64,000 bases of DNA from a virus (lineage: Duplodnaviria > Caudoviricetes): IMG/VR virus record IMGVR_UViG_3300028854_000488; one strand, given 5' to 3'. Shown here piece by piece: positions 29,696-40,804 of this stretch. Under the pieces are notes generated by a model. The model was not told the origin of the DNA, did not search any database, and saw nothing but the letters and a program-made list of their open reading frames with translations. How positions within the stretch are numbered: the stretch's first letter is position 1; every line of letters begins with the position of its first letter. Both the position numbers and the translations under genes were made by a program.

Positions 29696-30361
29696 ATGAA
29701 AACAACAAAAACATATTCAATTGATCAGACGCTATATGACGCATTTGATACATTAGCAACAGAAAAAAATATTAATAAAAGTTCTTTTTTCGAAGATGTT
29801 ATTAAAAAGTATTTAAAAGATAATAATTTAGAAATAATAGGAGAAGATTATCAATTAAAAAGTGATGATACTTATATTGTGACTGTATTATCTAGAAACG
29901 ATAAAATTTGTAATTTGAGTAATGGAGATAAAATTCAAAGAAGGTTATTTTATGATTTATTTAAACCAGTTATTGGAGTTGATCCTAATGAATTTTTTAG
30001 CCGTAGTGATAAAGTATTAGAAGAAGTATTTAATAAAGTTAAAACAATAAATCCAGATGATGTCGGAAATATTAATTGCGTTCCTACCAATGAACTTTAT
30101 AATAAAAGTTTATTTAATGAAATTAAACCAGATTCTGAGATAGAATCTATAATTACAGAATCAGATGATGATATAAAGGAATTATTTAAAATTAATTTTA
30201 ATTATAAAACAGAATATAGAAAATATAGTAAAAAAGAGATATGTGATATTATTATTAAATTAAAGAAATTGACATTTGAAAATGATACTTATTCAGATAA
30301 TTTAAGAAACTTGTTAGTAGATATTTATACAAATTATAAAGAAAACTTATTAATTGTATAA
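29696..30361 (+). CDS. Hypothetical protein with N-terminal RHH-like domain
   Basis: KTYSIDQTLYDAF...NKSSFFEDVI. Confidence 0.6.
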   Translation: MKTTKTYSIDQTLYDAFDTLATEKNINKSSFFEDVIKKYLKDNNLEIIGEDYQLKSDDTYIVTVLSRNDKICNLSNGDKIQRRLFYDLFKPVIGVDPNEFFSRSDKVLEEVFNKVKTINPDDVGNINCVPTNELYNKSLFNEIKPDSEIESIITESDDDIKELFKINFNYKTEYRKYSKKEICDIIIKLKKLTFENDTYSDNLRNLLVDIYTNYKENLLIV

Positions 30362-30392
30362 TATAAAAAAAGAGATTAAGTTTAATCTCTTT

Positions 30393-31160
30393 TTATTTCA
30401 TTTTTTCAAATCTCCATTTAAAATAATAATAATCATTATTTTCTATATGATAAGTATCTTCATTTACTTTTATTATAATATATGGTTTATTATTACTGTT
30501 AATATTATATCCTAAAATTTCAACTACTTTATTTTCATTTATTTCGTATAATTTACCAATATTGTTTTTTAATATAGTTTCATTTTTCATATTTTTATAA
30601 AAACCTTTTTCTGGAATAAACCATTTTTCTAATTTTTTGTAAAAATAATTACTTAATTTTAGTTTATATTCACTATCAATTCTATATAAATATTCTGGCT
30701 CAAAATATACTTCTGATTCAAGAGTTGGTCTTACTATTCCATTGTAATTCCTAAATACACCAAAGTATTCATTTTTGTCAAATTCAAATGATATAAACAC
30801 ATCTAATTTTAAACTAGTGTTCTCGTATATCCTTAAAATTTTAATTTTATCATATAATTCAATATCTTCCAAAAATGGATTACTATCTTTATAAATTAAA
30901 TCATTTTGACCACGTAATCCTTTTATAACTCTATCTAAGTTAGATACTAATCCAGATTGCCTTGCATAAAAATCAGTATAGGGACTGTCCTGATAATTAT
31001 AATATGATGCACTTGGGTCCTGAGCGAAAGCAAATTGACCACCTCCGCCAGCAGTTCCCATTGGTTCTATACCAAACTGAAATTGCTGGAACTCAGAGTC
31101 CTCTGTTATTAGGTTTACTTCATTTAAAAATGAATATCTACTATATTTAAATATTTTCAT
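30393..31160 (-). CDS. Hypothetical protein
   Basis: 255-aa ORF; N-terminus ...SFLNE. Confidence 0.75.
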   Translation of the reverse strand: MKIFKYSRYSFLNEVNLITEDSEFQQFQFGIEPMGTAGGGGQFAFAQDPSASYYNYQDSPYTDFYARQSGLVSNLDRVIKGLRGQNDLIYKDSNPFLEDIELYDKIKILRIYENTSLKLDVFISFEFDKNEYFGVFRNYNGIVRPTLESEVYFEPEYLYRIDSEYKLKLSNYFYKKLEKWFIPEKGFYKNMKNETILKNNIGKLYEINENKVVEILGYNINSNNKPYIIIKVNEDTYHIENNDYYYFKWRFEKMK

Positions 31161-31250
31161 AATGTTATATATAAATTTTTAAATTTATTATTTTAATATA
31201 TATTTAAAGGAATAAATAATTTTTATATATAAAGAAAAAAGAATATTTTT

Positions 31251-31742
31251 ATGTCAGAAGAATTAAGTAATAAAGAGAATAAGAAAGGAGTCAATAATGA
31301 TAAAGAATTAAATATTATTGAAAAATATAAATTTAATGATGATTCTACTGAGCTAATTACAGATTCTCCTACTGACTCATCAATTAAGAAAAATATTGAC
31401 GGTGATTTAATTAAAGATATATCATCTAAGGCACTTTATAAGAAAATTGAAAATAAAAAGCAAGAAAAAATGCCAGATGTCCAAAAAATTGATAATGTTG
31501 ATTCATCAGAAGTTAGAAATGAAAAAAAATATACGATTATGAAATCAAATAAAGAATTGTACGAATCTTTCATTAAAGAATTGAAATATTATTCGTTAAG
31601 TATCAATGAAGATGTTATTTATGATTCAAGTATAGATAAGTCTAAAGATTATCCTGTTAAATTTGAAAATGATTATTTTGTAATATTTGGTAAAAAATAT
31701 TCATATAATGGTTTAAAAATTAAAAAAATTAATATAAAATAA
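31251..31742 (+). CDS. Hypothetical protein
   Basis: 163-aa ORF. Confidence 0.7.
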   Translation: MSEELSNKENKKGVNNDKELNIIEKYKFNDDSTELITDSPTDSSIKKNIDGDLIKDISSKALYKKIENKKQEKMPDVQKIDNVDSSEVRNEKKYTIMKSNKELYESFIKELKYYSLSINEDVIYDSSIDKSKDYPVKFENDYFVIFGKKYSYNGLKIKKINIK

Positions 31743-33701
31743 ATGAAATTTAAAAATATTCAAAGTCGTAAAGATTTTATAAAAATGAATGAAATATTTG
31801 GAGGAACTCAAGGAGGAGTTGGATCTAGAGATGGATTTGCTAATAATGCTGATTTGAAAGATACTTATTTAGGAAAATTAATGAATGGATTATTCAAAGG
31901 TTTAAGTTGGTTATGGAGAAAAAGTAAAGAAAATTTCATTATTAATAGATTAATTGCAAAATTAATTAATGAATTAATACGTGGTGTTATTGTATATTGT
32001 TTTATAAAGAAAATAGATTTACAATCAGGTAAGATTTCAGAAGAAGAAAATCAAGAAAATAAAGAATCAAATGAAAATGAAAATGAAGTTTCTTTTGAAT
32101 CTATTAAAAAAGATATAGGGGAAGATTTATTTAATAAAATGATGAATGGTTCAGAAGGAGAGGATGTTGAAGAATTGATAAAAAAATCAGGAATAAAAAC
32201 AGATAATGATATACCAATAATAAAAAGTATTAACGATGTAAAAGAAGTTATTGACAAGGAAGAATATGATAAAATGAAAACTGAAACATATGAGTTTTTG
32301 AAAAAAAATATTCAATTTTTTGATGATATTAAGAAAAGTGCAGATGAAGGTGATGAAGAATCAAAAAAGAAGCTTGATATGATAAAGGCAATTTATGTTA
32401 ATTATGAAATAGTTAAAAAATTAAAAGAAAAAGAAACTAAAAATGAAAAAGCACCAGATGAAGCATCAGTAACAAATGAAGCATTAGCTAAACTTAGAAC
32501 AGATTCTAGTGCTGGTAAAATAGGAATAGATTCAAATAAACCAACGATTAGTCCAGCGGCTAATCCGAAATCAATAATTAAAAGTTTTGTTAGTGTAAAA
32601 AGTATTATAACTAAAAGAGATCAAGATAAATATAAAGAACGTGAAGCTGATTTTTCTTTGCCAATATCTTCTATAAATTTAGCAGAAATAGAAAAAACAA
32701 TTGCTAGAAATGATGCTGCAATGAAGGAAGTATCATCAAATGTAAATTCTGAAAGTTTAAAAGTAATTCAACTTACAGCAAAAGATTTATTTGTTACAAA
32801 AGAACAAAATGTTGAAACAGAAAAATTGAAATTGAGATGGGATAAAGAATTATCTAAAGTTTATGCAAGTTTTTCATTATTAATGGATATACCGAGTGTT
32901 GATATTAGAGAAGGTTCATATGGCTCAGGATTAAATTTATCTGGAACTACAATAAAAGCAAATAAAGAAATAAAAAAGTTTGAAAATGATTCTGAATCAT
33001 TGAAAATTGGAGATAATTTAGGAGATTCATTAAATCAATCTGAAACTAAGATAGGAGGATTAGAAGGCAATTGGCAATATTGTATATTTGAGTATCAAGG
33101 AATTAATTATAATGCTACAATAGCTCCGATTAGTTCTGCTCCTTCAAATGGATTCTATATGTTTATGATTACTCAAACAATAAAGAAAATAGAAAATAAT
33201 ATTGTCACTTCAAATTTTAAAGAATTTGAAAAATTATTTTCATCCACTAATTTTGCAAATGTTAATTTAAAAAAAGATGATGTAATTAATATATATTTTA
33301 TGTTAAAGAAAGGAGCAAGTTTACCATCAGGAACAAGTGCTAATACTAATGGGCAAAGTAATAGTTTTTTGGTTTTTAATAATTATATTAGTTCTGACAA
33401 CCAAACAAACAAATTGTTTTTATGTGAGCCATCAGGTGAAAAATTTATAGCTGATTTGGAATTAAGTAATCCTAGTAATACTTTTGATGGTGTAATAGCC
33501 AGCAATTATCAAAAAGATAAAATTAATATTAAGAGTTGCCGTAAATTTGATAGAGTTAAATTTTGGTGGAAAGCATTAAATTTTATAACTGATTCTAATG
33601 ATAAGAAATTCTGTGCTTTTAAAGATGAAGAAAGTTCACCTAAATTTTGGGATAATAAAGTAGTATTAGATAATTTGAAAAAAATTGCATCTAAATTTTA
33701 A
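31743..33701 (+). CDS. Large hypothetical protein, possibly virion-internal
   Basis: 652-aa ORF; N-terminus ...DFIKMNE. Confidence 0.7.
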   Translation: MKFKNIQSRKDFIKMNEIFGGTQGGVGSRDGFANNADLKDTYLGKLMNGLFKGLSWLWRKSKENFIINRLIAKLINELIRGVIVYCFIKKIDLQSGKISEEENQENKESNENENEVSFESIKKDIGEDLFNKMMNGSEGEDVEELIKKSGIKTDNDIPIIKSINDVKEVIDKEEYDKMKTETYEFLKKNIQFFDDIKKSADEGDEESKKKLDMIKAIYVNYEIVKKLKEKETKNEKAPDEASVTNEALAKLRTDSSAGKIGIDSNKPTISPAANPKSIIKSFVSVKSIITKRDQDKYKEREADFSLPISSINLAEIEKTIARNDAAMKEVSSNVNSESLKVIQLTAKDLFVTKEQNVETEKLKLRWDKELSKVYASFSLLMDIPSVDIREGSYGSGLNLSGTTIKANKEIKKFENDSESLKIGDNLGDSLNQSETKIGGLEGNWQYCIFEYQGINYNATIAPISSAPSNGFYMFMITQTIKKIENNIVTSNFKEFEKLFSSTNFANVNLKKDDVINIYFMLKKGASLPSGTSANTNGQSNSFLVFNNYISSDNQTNKLFLCEPSGEKFIADLELSNPSNTFDGVIASNYQKDKINIKSCRKFDRVKFWWKALNFITDSNDKKFCAFKDEESSPKFWDNKVVLDNLKKIASKF

Positions 33702-33720
33702 ATAAAATATAAAATATAAA

Positions 33721-34869
33721 ATGAAAAAAAAATATTCAGATTTCATGTTAAATGAACAAGATACATCAACAGCGGTAGCTCCTATTACAACAAAAAAAGA
33801 TGATGTAGTTAATGATTCAACATCAATCAATTCAGTCAATCCTGATGTATCAGGTGATAAAAAAATAACAACTGAACAAGATTCAGGTGAAGAAAAAAAA
33901 GAAGAAGATGATGTACAACCTGAAAATTCAATTTCTAATTTTGATAAATTAAAAGGAGAAGAAATTATTAAAAAAATTAGTGATTTTTGGATAAATAAGG
34001 TAATAACAGAAAATCAATTGAATTTTTCTGGTAATACTTTAAAAACTCTTTATAAAAAAGAAAAAAATCCAAAATATTCTAAATATAAACAAACAATCAA
34101 TGAAGTTATCGCTGATAAAACAGCAGATTGTACAAAAAAATTTATAGATTCTGATGCAGGAGATATGTTTTTTTATAAAAAATATCCAGTTAAATTAGTT
34201 AAAAAAGGATTAGAAGGTAATCCTAGTATTATATCATTTTTTAAAAGTAATGATGATAATGATTATAATTCAAAATTAAAAGAAATTATAAATAGTAAAG
34301 AATATGTAGATAGTTCAAATTTAGAAGAATATCAAAAGAAATTAAAATTAGAAGAATTTGAACTTATGACTGATATTGACGAAGAACATATTTATATGTA
34401 TAAAGAACAGCCAGTTGAATTTAAAATTGAGAATGGTGAAATAAAAAGTATGATTGATGCAGATACAAATAAAAATATTAGTTTATATGATGAAAATAAT
34501 AAACCTATATTTGATATAACAAAATTAAAAAAATATAATAAATCGGATAAATCAAATACATCAACAAGTACAACAACTAATCAATCATCAAGAACAGAAG
34601 TAGTAACAACATCAGGAACAACAGTTGCACCAATAACAGAGGTAGTACCAATATCAGGAACAACAGTAACAACAGTTGCAACAGGAACAACAGTAGTAAC
34701 AACATCAGGAACAACAGTTGCACCAGGATCAATCACACAAAAATCAAATGTAGGTACTCAAAAAAATACAAATATAATAAAAAATTTAAATGATTTTAAT
34801 AAGAATAGAGGATATAATTCAACTAAAAAGAATACATTAGATAAAAATAAAAATAAAAATACATTTTAA
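33721..34869 (+). CDS. Hypothetical protein with Thr-rich repeat
   Basis: 382 aa; VVTTSGTTVAP occurs twice; N-terminus YSDFMLNE. Confidence 0.7.
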   Translation: MKKKYSDFMLNEQDTSTAVAPITTKKDDVVNDSTSINSVNPDVSGDKKITTEQDSGEEKKEEDDVQPENSISNFDKLKGEEIIKKISDFWINKVITENQLNFSGNTLKTLYKKEKNPKYSKYKQTINEVIADKTADCTKKFIDSDAGDMFFYKKYPVKLVKKGLEGNPSIISFFKSNDDNDYNSKLKEIINSKEYVDSSNLEEYQKKLKLEEFELMTDIDEEHIYMYKEQPVEFKIENGEIKSMIDADTNKNISLYDENNKPIFDITKLKKYNKSDKSNTSTSTTTNQSSRTEVVTTSGTTVAPITEVVPISGTTVTTVATGTTVVTTSGTTVAPGSITQKSNVGTQKNTNIIKNLNDFNKNRGYNSTKKNTLDKNKNKNTF

Positions 34870-34870
34870 T

Positions 34871-35296
34871 ATGAAACATATAAATAATTATGAAATTTTT
34901 TTAGAAGATAATAATAATCCTAATACTTCACAAGGTTATATAAATTCATTATCTAATAAAGCAAAAATAAAGTCAGTTCAAAATAATAATCAGCCTAATA
35001 ATCATAAACCAACAGATGATGTAGATAATATATTACAAAACACTGAACAACAAAAACAAAATATTGTAGCAAAGAAAGATGTTATTGAAAAAGGATTATT
35101 ACAAAATATTCAAGATTTAGAGCCAGAAAATCAAAAAGAAGTTAAAACTCAGGTTCAAGATTATAAAACTCAGGTTCAAGAATTTGATAAGACAGTTCAA
35201 CAAATAGATAAATTAAATCAAACTCTTAAAAAATCTAATGTTAGACAAAAAAATAACCCTGATATGAAAACTGTAAGAACTCAAAATAAATTTTAA
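34871..35296 (+). CDS. Hypothetical Gln/Asn-rich coiled-coil protein
   Basis: 141 aa; N-terminus MKHINNYEIFLE. Confidence 0.7.
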   Translation: MKHINNYEIFLEDNNNPNTSQGYINSLSNKAKIKSVQNNNQPNNHKPTDDVDNILQNTEQQKQNIVAKKDVIEKGLLQNIQDLEPENQKEVKTQVQDYKTQVQEFDKTVQQIDKLNQTLKKSNVRQKNNPDMKTVRTQNKF

Positions 35297-35302
35297 TTAT
35301 AA

Positions 35303-38290
35303 ATGTCTAAAATAGATGAAAAATATATAGAATCATTAGGTACATTCACCCATGCATTAGAGGAAATAGTAGAATTATTGAAAGAGCAGCAAAAAACTGG
35401 TAAGTCAGATGTAGTCAATGATTTTTTAAAAACTCCTATGGATAATTTGAGCCATGTTGTTAAAGATTTACAGAAAATTACTGAGCAAGGATTCAAAAAT
35501 GTTAGAGATGATAATCAAAAAATATTACAAAAAATAGATGGTATAAAGAAGCAAAAAGAATCTGGAATGTTTGAACATATAGAAGATCCTAAAAACAAAA
35601 ACAAAATTGTTGATGGTATCAAAGTTGTTGTTTTAATTGCAGCAGGTGTTTTAGCATTAGGATTAGCATTTAAAATAATAGGGAAAGTAGATTTTCTTTC
35701 TGTTATTGCATTATCCGCAGCGATGGTTGGTATGTCTATTGCTTATAATAAGATTGCTGATATAAAAAATTTAAAATATACTAACGTACTTTTAATATCT
35801 GCTATTATGCCATTAATGGCGATTGGATTAGCGTTATCTGGATATATATTAAAAAGTATGCCTGAATTTTCAATAATGCAATCAATATCTATTATGCTTA
35901 TTAGTACTGCAATGGGATTAGCAACTTATTTTATAATGAAATCAATTTCTAAGATTAGTATATCATCAATAAAAATGATACCATTACTTCCTTTGATTTT
36001 ACCAATGATAGCTTGGGGTATTGTAAAATCTTCACAAATTTTAAAGAATGTAGAGAAGATGTCATTTGCTCAAGTATTATCAGTAGGTATGATAGGATTG
36101 GCTTTGGGCGTAGCAACATTTGGTATTTCAATTGCATTGAAAGGATTAAAAAATGTAACATATAAAGAAATGTTGGCATTGCCATTTATGATACCATTAA
36201 TTGCTGGAGGTATTGTTTTGGCTAGTGAAATATTTAAAGGTTTTATTCCAATCAGTAATCCATTGGATTTATTAATTGGTAGTGCTGTTATTGGATTATC
36301 ATTATTGTTTTTTACTCCTGCAATTTATTTTTTAGGTAAAATGAAATTCGCTGATGTTCTTACTGGAGTCCTTATGATTTTACCTATGGCTTTTGCAATT
36401 ACACAATCTAGTATAATTTTTAGTAAATTTATACCTCTTAAAGATCCATTAAATATAGTTTTAAGTACATTAGCAATGGGATTGTCTATATTGATTTTTA
36501 CTCCTGCAATTTATGTTTTAGGTAAAATGTCTATCGAAGATTTACTTATTGGTATAGGTGGAAGTATATTAACTTCTATCGCAATTGTTGTTATAGCTAA
36601 TATATTTTCATCATTACCTACTAAAATGATTACTCCAGATTTTATGTGGACCTTATCTGCTGGATTAGCAGTGGGTGGATTCGCACTTATTGCTACTGTG
36701 GTTGGATTATTTGCTGGAACTGATCCATTTTTTTGGATTGGTCTTGCTGCAATTTTAGCTGTTGCAGGTACAATTGTAATAGTTTCTTATATGTTACAAG
36801 CAGGAAATTATACTAAATATCCGCCGTTAGATTGGGCATTAGGTGTTGGAGGATCATTAATAGCATTTAGTTCAGCTATGGTTATTGCATCAGTTGGAGG
36901 TATTGCTAGTGCAATATCAAAAGTATTTACAGGTGATGAAGATCCTTTAATTAAAATTGCTAATACTATGGTTGCAGTATCTTGGCTTTTACAAAACGGA
37001 AAATGGGAAAGTGGATATCCGAAATTAGAGTGGGCATTAGGAGTAGGTACTGCTTTTACAATGTTTGCTGCTGCATATGTTGCAATTACAGGATTACAAG
37101 GAATTAATAGAGTATTTTCATTTTTAACCCTACATAAATCTCAAAGTTTTAATGACTTTGTAATATCAGCGGCAAATGCTATGAAAACAGCAAATGCAGA
37201 ATTGTCAGGAGTTAATTGGGGAGCAGCAGGTAGTTATCCATCTAAGGATTATGCTGATGGAGTTGGTGGACTATTAAAATCATTTGCAGAAACATATGCA
37301 GTAGTATCTTTGGTAGGATCAAGTATATTTAGTATAAATCCTGAAAGTTTTGAAGTATTTGTTAAAAATGCTGCAAATTCTATGCTTGTAGCAAAAACAA
37401 TATTAGATTCTACAAATTGGACTAATGCTGGACATCCTACTAAAGAATATTCAGATGGAATTGGTAGCTTTCTTATATCAATGGCAACAGCATATTCTAA
37501 AGTTAATGACATTGGAATTATGCGTATTCTTGCTTCATTACTTGATGTTGGAGGTAAAATGTCAATTACAGATTTTGTAAGAGAATCTTCAACTGCTATT
37601 GTTTCTGCGTCTAATATATTATCAAAAGGAAATTTTACTAATATTCCAGATGCTACATATTTAACTAATTTTAATAATTTTTTAGTTTCAATGGCAAAAA
37701 ATATTAATGATTTTAATGTAAATATTAATGATTTAATGAATTTTACTAATAATTTAGGTATGTTATCTCCATCATTAATGTTATTATCAAATGCAACACA
37801 AAATCCTTTATCAGATCTTTATATACAAGGTTTTGATAAATTGGTTAAAATATTAAATAATATGCCAGACAAAAGTATTCAAATACATAAATTGGCAGAT
37901 TCTTTTGTCGATCTTTCTAATTCATTGAAAGATATCACAACTTTTGATAATTTATCAAAAGTATCCGCTAGCGTTGTTTTATTGAGTGCAGTTGATGATG
38001 CAAAATTACAAGTAATTCTAGATAAATTGAAAGATAATCAAGATACAATAAAAACAATTTATGGTAATTCATCAGCAACTCCAAATTTAGTTCAAACTAT
38101 TGGTAAAGCTTTTACTTCATTATTCGGAGACGATAAAATAGAAGCTAATAAAAAAGCAAATGAGCCAATTGTTGTTACAACTACAATTGAGCCTCAATTT
38201 TATACTGGTATAACAGAAATGATAAGTTTATTAAAAGGAATTAAAAATTCATTAGATAAACCAACACCAGCACCAAGTTTTCATAGATAA
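35303..38290 (+). CDS. Tape-measure-like protein
   Basis: 995 aa, helical, long Ala/Gly-rich hydrophobic repeats (e.g. FTPAIYxLGKM twice). Confidence 0.6.
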   Translation: MSKIDEKYIESLGTFTHALEEIVELLKEQQKTGKSDVVNDFLKTPMDNLSHVVKDLQKITEQGFKNVRDDNQKILQKIDGIKKQKESGMFEHIEDPKNKNKIVDGIKVVVLIAAGVLALGLAFKIIGKVDFLSVIALSAAMVGMSIAYNKIADIKNLKYTNVLLISAIMPLMAIGLALSGYILKSMPEFSIMQSISIMLISTAMGLATYFIMKSISKISISSIKMIPLLPLILPMIAWGIVKSSQILKNVEKMSFAQVLSVGMIGLALGVATFGISIALKGLKNVTYKEMLALPFMIPLIAGGIVLASEIFKGFIPISNPLDLLIGSAVIGLSLLFFTPAIYFLGKMKFADVLTGVLMILPMAFAITQSSIIFSKFIPLKDPLNIVLSTLAMGLSILIFTPAIYVLGKMSIEDLLIGIGGSILTSIAIVVIANIFSSLPTKMITPDFMWTLSAGLAVGGFALIATVVGLFAGTDPFFWIGLAAILAVAGTIVIVSYMLQAGNYTKYPPLDWALGVGGSLIAFSSAMVIASVGGIASAISKVFTGDEDPLIKIANTMVAVSWLLQNGKWESGYPKLEWALGVGTAFTMFAAAYVAITGLQGINRVFSFLTLHKSQSFNDFVISAANAMKTANAELSGVNWGAAGSYPSKDYADGVGGLLKSFAETYAVVSLVGSSIFSINPESFEVFVKNAANSMLVAKTILDSTNWTNAGHPTKEYSDGIGSFLISMATAYSKVNDIGIMRILASLLDVGGKMSITDFVRESSTAIVSASNILSKGNFTNIPDATYLTNFNNFLVSMAKNINDFNVNINDLMNFTNNLGMLSPSLMLLSNATQNPLSDLYIQGFDKLVKILNNMPDKSIQIHKLADSFVDLSNSLKDITTFDNLSKVSASVVLLSAVDDAKLQVILDKLKDNQDTIKTIYGNSSATPNLVQTIGKAFTSLFGDDKIEANKKANEPIVVTTTIEPQFYTGITEMISLLKGIKNSLDKPTPAPSFHR

Positions 38291-38424
38291 TTTTAATAAT
38301 ATTTTTATCTTATAATTAAACTTTAATTTAATTCTAACCTATAAGTAATTGAAATAAATATTTTGATATAGTATTTATTTCAATTGAACCAATATCAATA
38401 AATATATAAATAAAAAAAGAAGAT

Positions 38425-38850
38425 ATGAAAAGATTTTTATATTTGATAAGATATTTTAAACTTCTTAAGAAGAATAAAAAATTTTTAGCAGATTCAAGGA
38501 TTAATAAAAATATTAATCCTTATGGAATACAATATGATTGGATAGGTAGATTATATACAGTATTAAATTTACCTTTAGATGATAAAGAAAATATGGACAA
38601 ATATGGATATTATTATATTGATAATATGGTTCGAAATCATGTTGTTGAAATTAATAATTTTTTATTTGAATTAGGAATTTTAGAATATGTAGAACTAGAT
38701 ACAGATAATATTCAACAAATAGATGATTTGAATGTAAGAATAGTATTGAAATTTAAATATCTTAATCTTAAATTTTTTGCAAGATTTTTTGTAGGAACTA
38801 TAATATTATTAATATTATTAGGATTTATATCTTTATTATTTTTTTTATAA
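38425..38850 (+). CDS. Hypothetical C-terminally anchored protein
   Basis: DWIGRLYTVLNLP; C-terminal TM segment. Confidence 0.7.
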   Translation: MKRFLYLIRYFKLLKKNKKFLADSRINKNINPYGIQYDWIGRLYTVLNLPLDDKENMDKYGYYYIDNMVRNHVVEINNFLFELGILEYVELDTDNIQQIDDLNVRIVLKFKYLNLKFFARFFVGTIILLILLGFISLLFFL

Positions 38851-38892
38851 ACTTTATTGAACATTTATAATATATTTAAAAAACAAAAAATT

Positions 38893-39330
38893 ATGGCAAA
38901 AGAACAATATCACGAATTAGCAGATTATATTATAGACTATTTTAAAGTCTTAGAAAAAAAATTGTGCATTCCAATAAATTTAAAATTTGTATTTCAAGCA
39001 GATGATAAACAAAAAACATTAGTAAAAATAGCTAAAATTAATGATAGATATGTAAGTCTATTAAACGCTGAATTATTGGTTAGTTTTAATGAAAATTTCT
39101 TTGATGCATTTGATGATGAAATAAAAAATATTTTAATTGATCAAGAATTAGCATTAATTGAAGCTGATCTTGAAAAAGGAACTATCAAATTAGGTAAAGC
39201 AGATTTAATAACATCATATGGTATTATTAATAGATATGGAGTTGAAGCAGTAGAACGAGCAAATAAATGTAGAGATTTATATAATAGTCAGCAAGCAGAG
39301 AAAGAAAAAGAAGCAAAATCAAATAAATAA
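38893..39330 (+). CDS. Phage metallopeptidase-like domain protein, likely inactive
   Basis: ILIDQEL where HEL is expected. Confidence 0.45.
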   Translation: MAKEQYHELADYIIDYFKVLEKKLCIPINLKFVFQADDKQKTLVKIAKINDRYVSLLNAELLVSFNENFFDAFDDEIKNILIDQELALIEADLEKGTIKLGKADLITSYGIINRYGVEAVERANKCRDLYNSQQAEKEKEAKSNK

Positions 39331-39353
39331 ATAACAAAAATAAATAAATAACA

Positions 39354-40121
39354 ATGGAAGAAAAAAAATTTTTTAATTTTAAGAGTGACGAAACATTCAA
39401 TTTAAACGAAGAGTATACAAAATTATTTGTAGATGGAGATGATAAAAAAATTAGTTCAAATGATACTAAAATTAAAGATGCAGAAAAAATTATAGAAGAA
39501 ACTGGATCGAAATATATTGAAAGTACATCACTTCAAAAATATGAATATTTGTTTACAAATTTAGATGTATTTTTGAATAGATTTCAAACTGATTCAGATG
39601 AAGTTAAAAATATGACTAAAGATGATAGGGATAAATTATTTGGATATGGAAGAGAATTATTTTCAACATATCAAACTCAATATAGTTCATTGAATTTTAA
39701 TTTTGAACTTTCTATGAAGGAATGGAATTATATGGATAATATTTTAACTAAAAAATTATCATATAATGGAAATGAACTTTTCAATTTTTGGGAACTTTTT
39801 ACTAAATTTATTGATCCAACTAGAAATTATATTAAAGCATTGCCTAAGGCCGCTGAATCATTTGTTCCAGTTTGTTCAATTCAAAGCTTAGTATTAGTGA
39901 GTCATCTATTGATGAAGCATGAAGAAAAAGGATCAACTGATCATTTCTTTTATTTTAAAAATATATTAACTGAGGTAGGATTGATGACTAGATTATTTAA
40001 TGCGTATGGCGTTGTATTAGAAAGATATACTAATATGTTTAATAATTGGGTAGATGCATTAAATGCAATGGATGGATATAATAATATAGATAGAACAGAT
40101 GATACAAGAACAGAATCATAA
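39354..40121 (+). CDS. Hypothetical protein
   Basis: 255-aa ORF. Confidence 0.75.
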   Translation: MEEKKFFNFKSDETFNLNEEYTKLFVDGDDKKISSNDTKIKDAEKIIEETGSKYIESTSLQKYEYLFTNLDVFLNRFQTDSDEVKNMTKDDRDKLFGYGRELFSTYQTQYSSLNFNFELSMKEWNYMDNILTKKLSYNGNELFNFWELFTKFIDPTRNYIKALPKAAESFVPVCSIQSLVLVSHLLMKHEEKGSTDHFFYFKNILTEVGLMTRLFNAYGVVLERYTNMFNNWVDALNAMDGYNNIDRTDDTRTES

Positions 40122-40461
40122 TCACAGCAATAAAAAAGAAATTTTTTCTGAAATTAGAGACTTAATATATAAAAATACCGAAACTGATATTAATATAAGT
40201 GAAGTTAAGATTTCATTATTGAAAAATCCTAATATTGTTAATGAGATAAAAAATCTCAAGATTATTGAATTAGATAATCTTGAAGATTTTTTATCCTATG
40301 TGAATTATGATCACTATCTTATATTTAAATTTAATAATTTTTATTATTTCTGTGATACAGAACTTACTTCATATTTAGAAAAACTTAGTTTGATTAAAAT
40401 GATTGATTTTTCAAAGTATCTCAGAAAAGATAAAATAAATAACATAGAAAAATTTAATTAG
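40099..40461 (+). CDS. Hypothetical protein with C-terminal RKDKI motif
   Basis: 120-aa ORF. Confidence 0.65.
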   Translation: MIQEQNHNHSNKKEIFSEIRDLIYKNTETDINISEVKISLLKNPNIVNEIKNLKIIELDNLEDFLSYVNYDHYLIFKFNNFYYFCDTELTSYLEKLSLIKMIDFSKYLRKDKINNIEKFN

Positions 40462-40486
40462 TAAATAATAAAATAAAAAATATAAT

Positions 40487-40795
40487 ATGCCAAAATCAAA
40501 AAATAATAAAACTCATAAAGCTAGATTAGCATCTTACAACGCTAATAAGAAAAAACAGCAAGAAATTTTAAAAAAGAAAATGATGGATGAATATCTTAGA
40601 CTTCAACAAGATAAGATGAAAGAACAAGCTCATACATCAACAGAAGACGTAACTGGTCCAGAAATTAATATTGATGAATTGAATAATTATGATGAAAGTC
40701 CAGATATAGACTTCAATAATATATCTGTCGAATCAGAAATTGATTTAGAGCCTGAAAGTAATACAAATGAAGAATTATTAAAATCAGATAATTAA
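40487..40795 (+). CDS. Hypothetical protein, basic N-terminus and acidic C-terminus
   Basis: 102-aa ORF. Confidence 0.7.
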   Translation: MPKSKNNKTHKARLASYNANKKKQQEILKKKMMDEYLRLQQDKMKEQAHTSTEDVTGPEINIDELNNYDESPDIDFNNISVESEIDLEPESNTNEELLKSDN

Positions 40796-40804
40796 TTTAA
40801 TCAT

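Noticed and set aside
34597-34730. Thr-rich repeat as a special element
   Set aside because: Ordinary low-complexity linker within a coding sequence.
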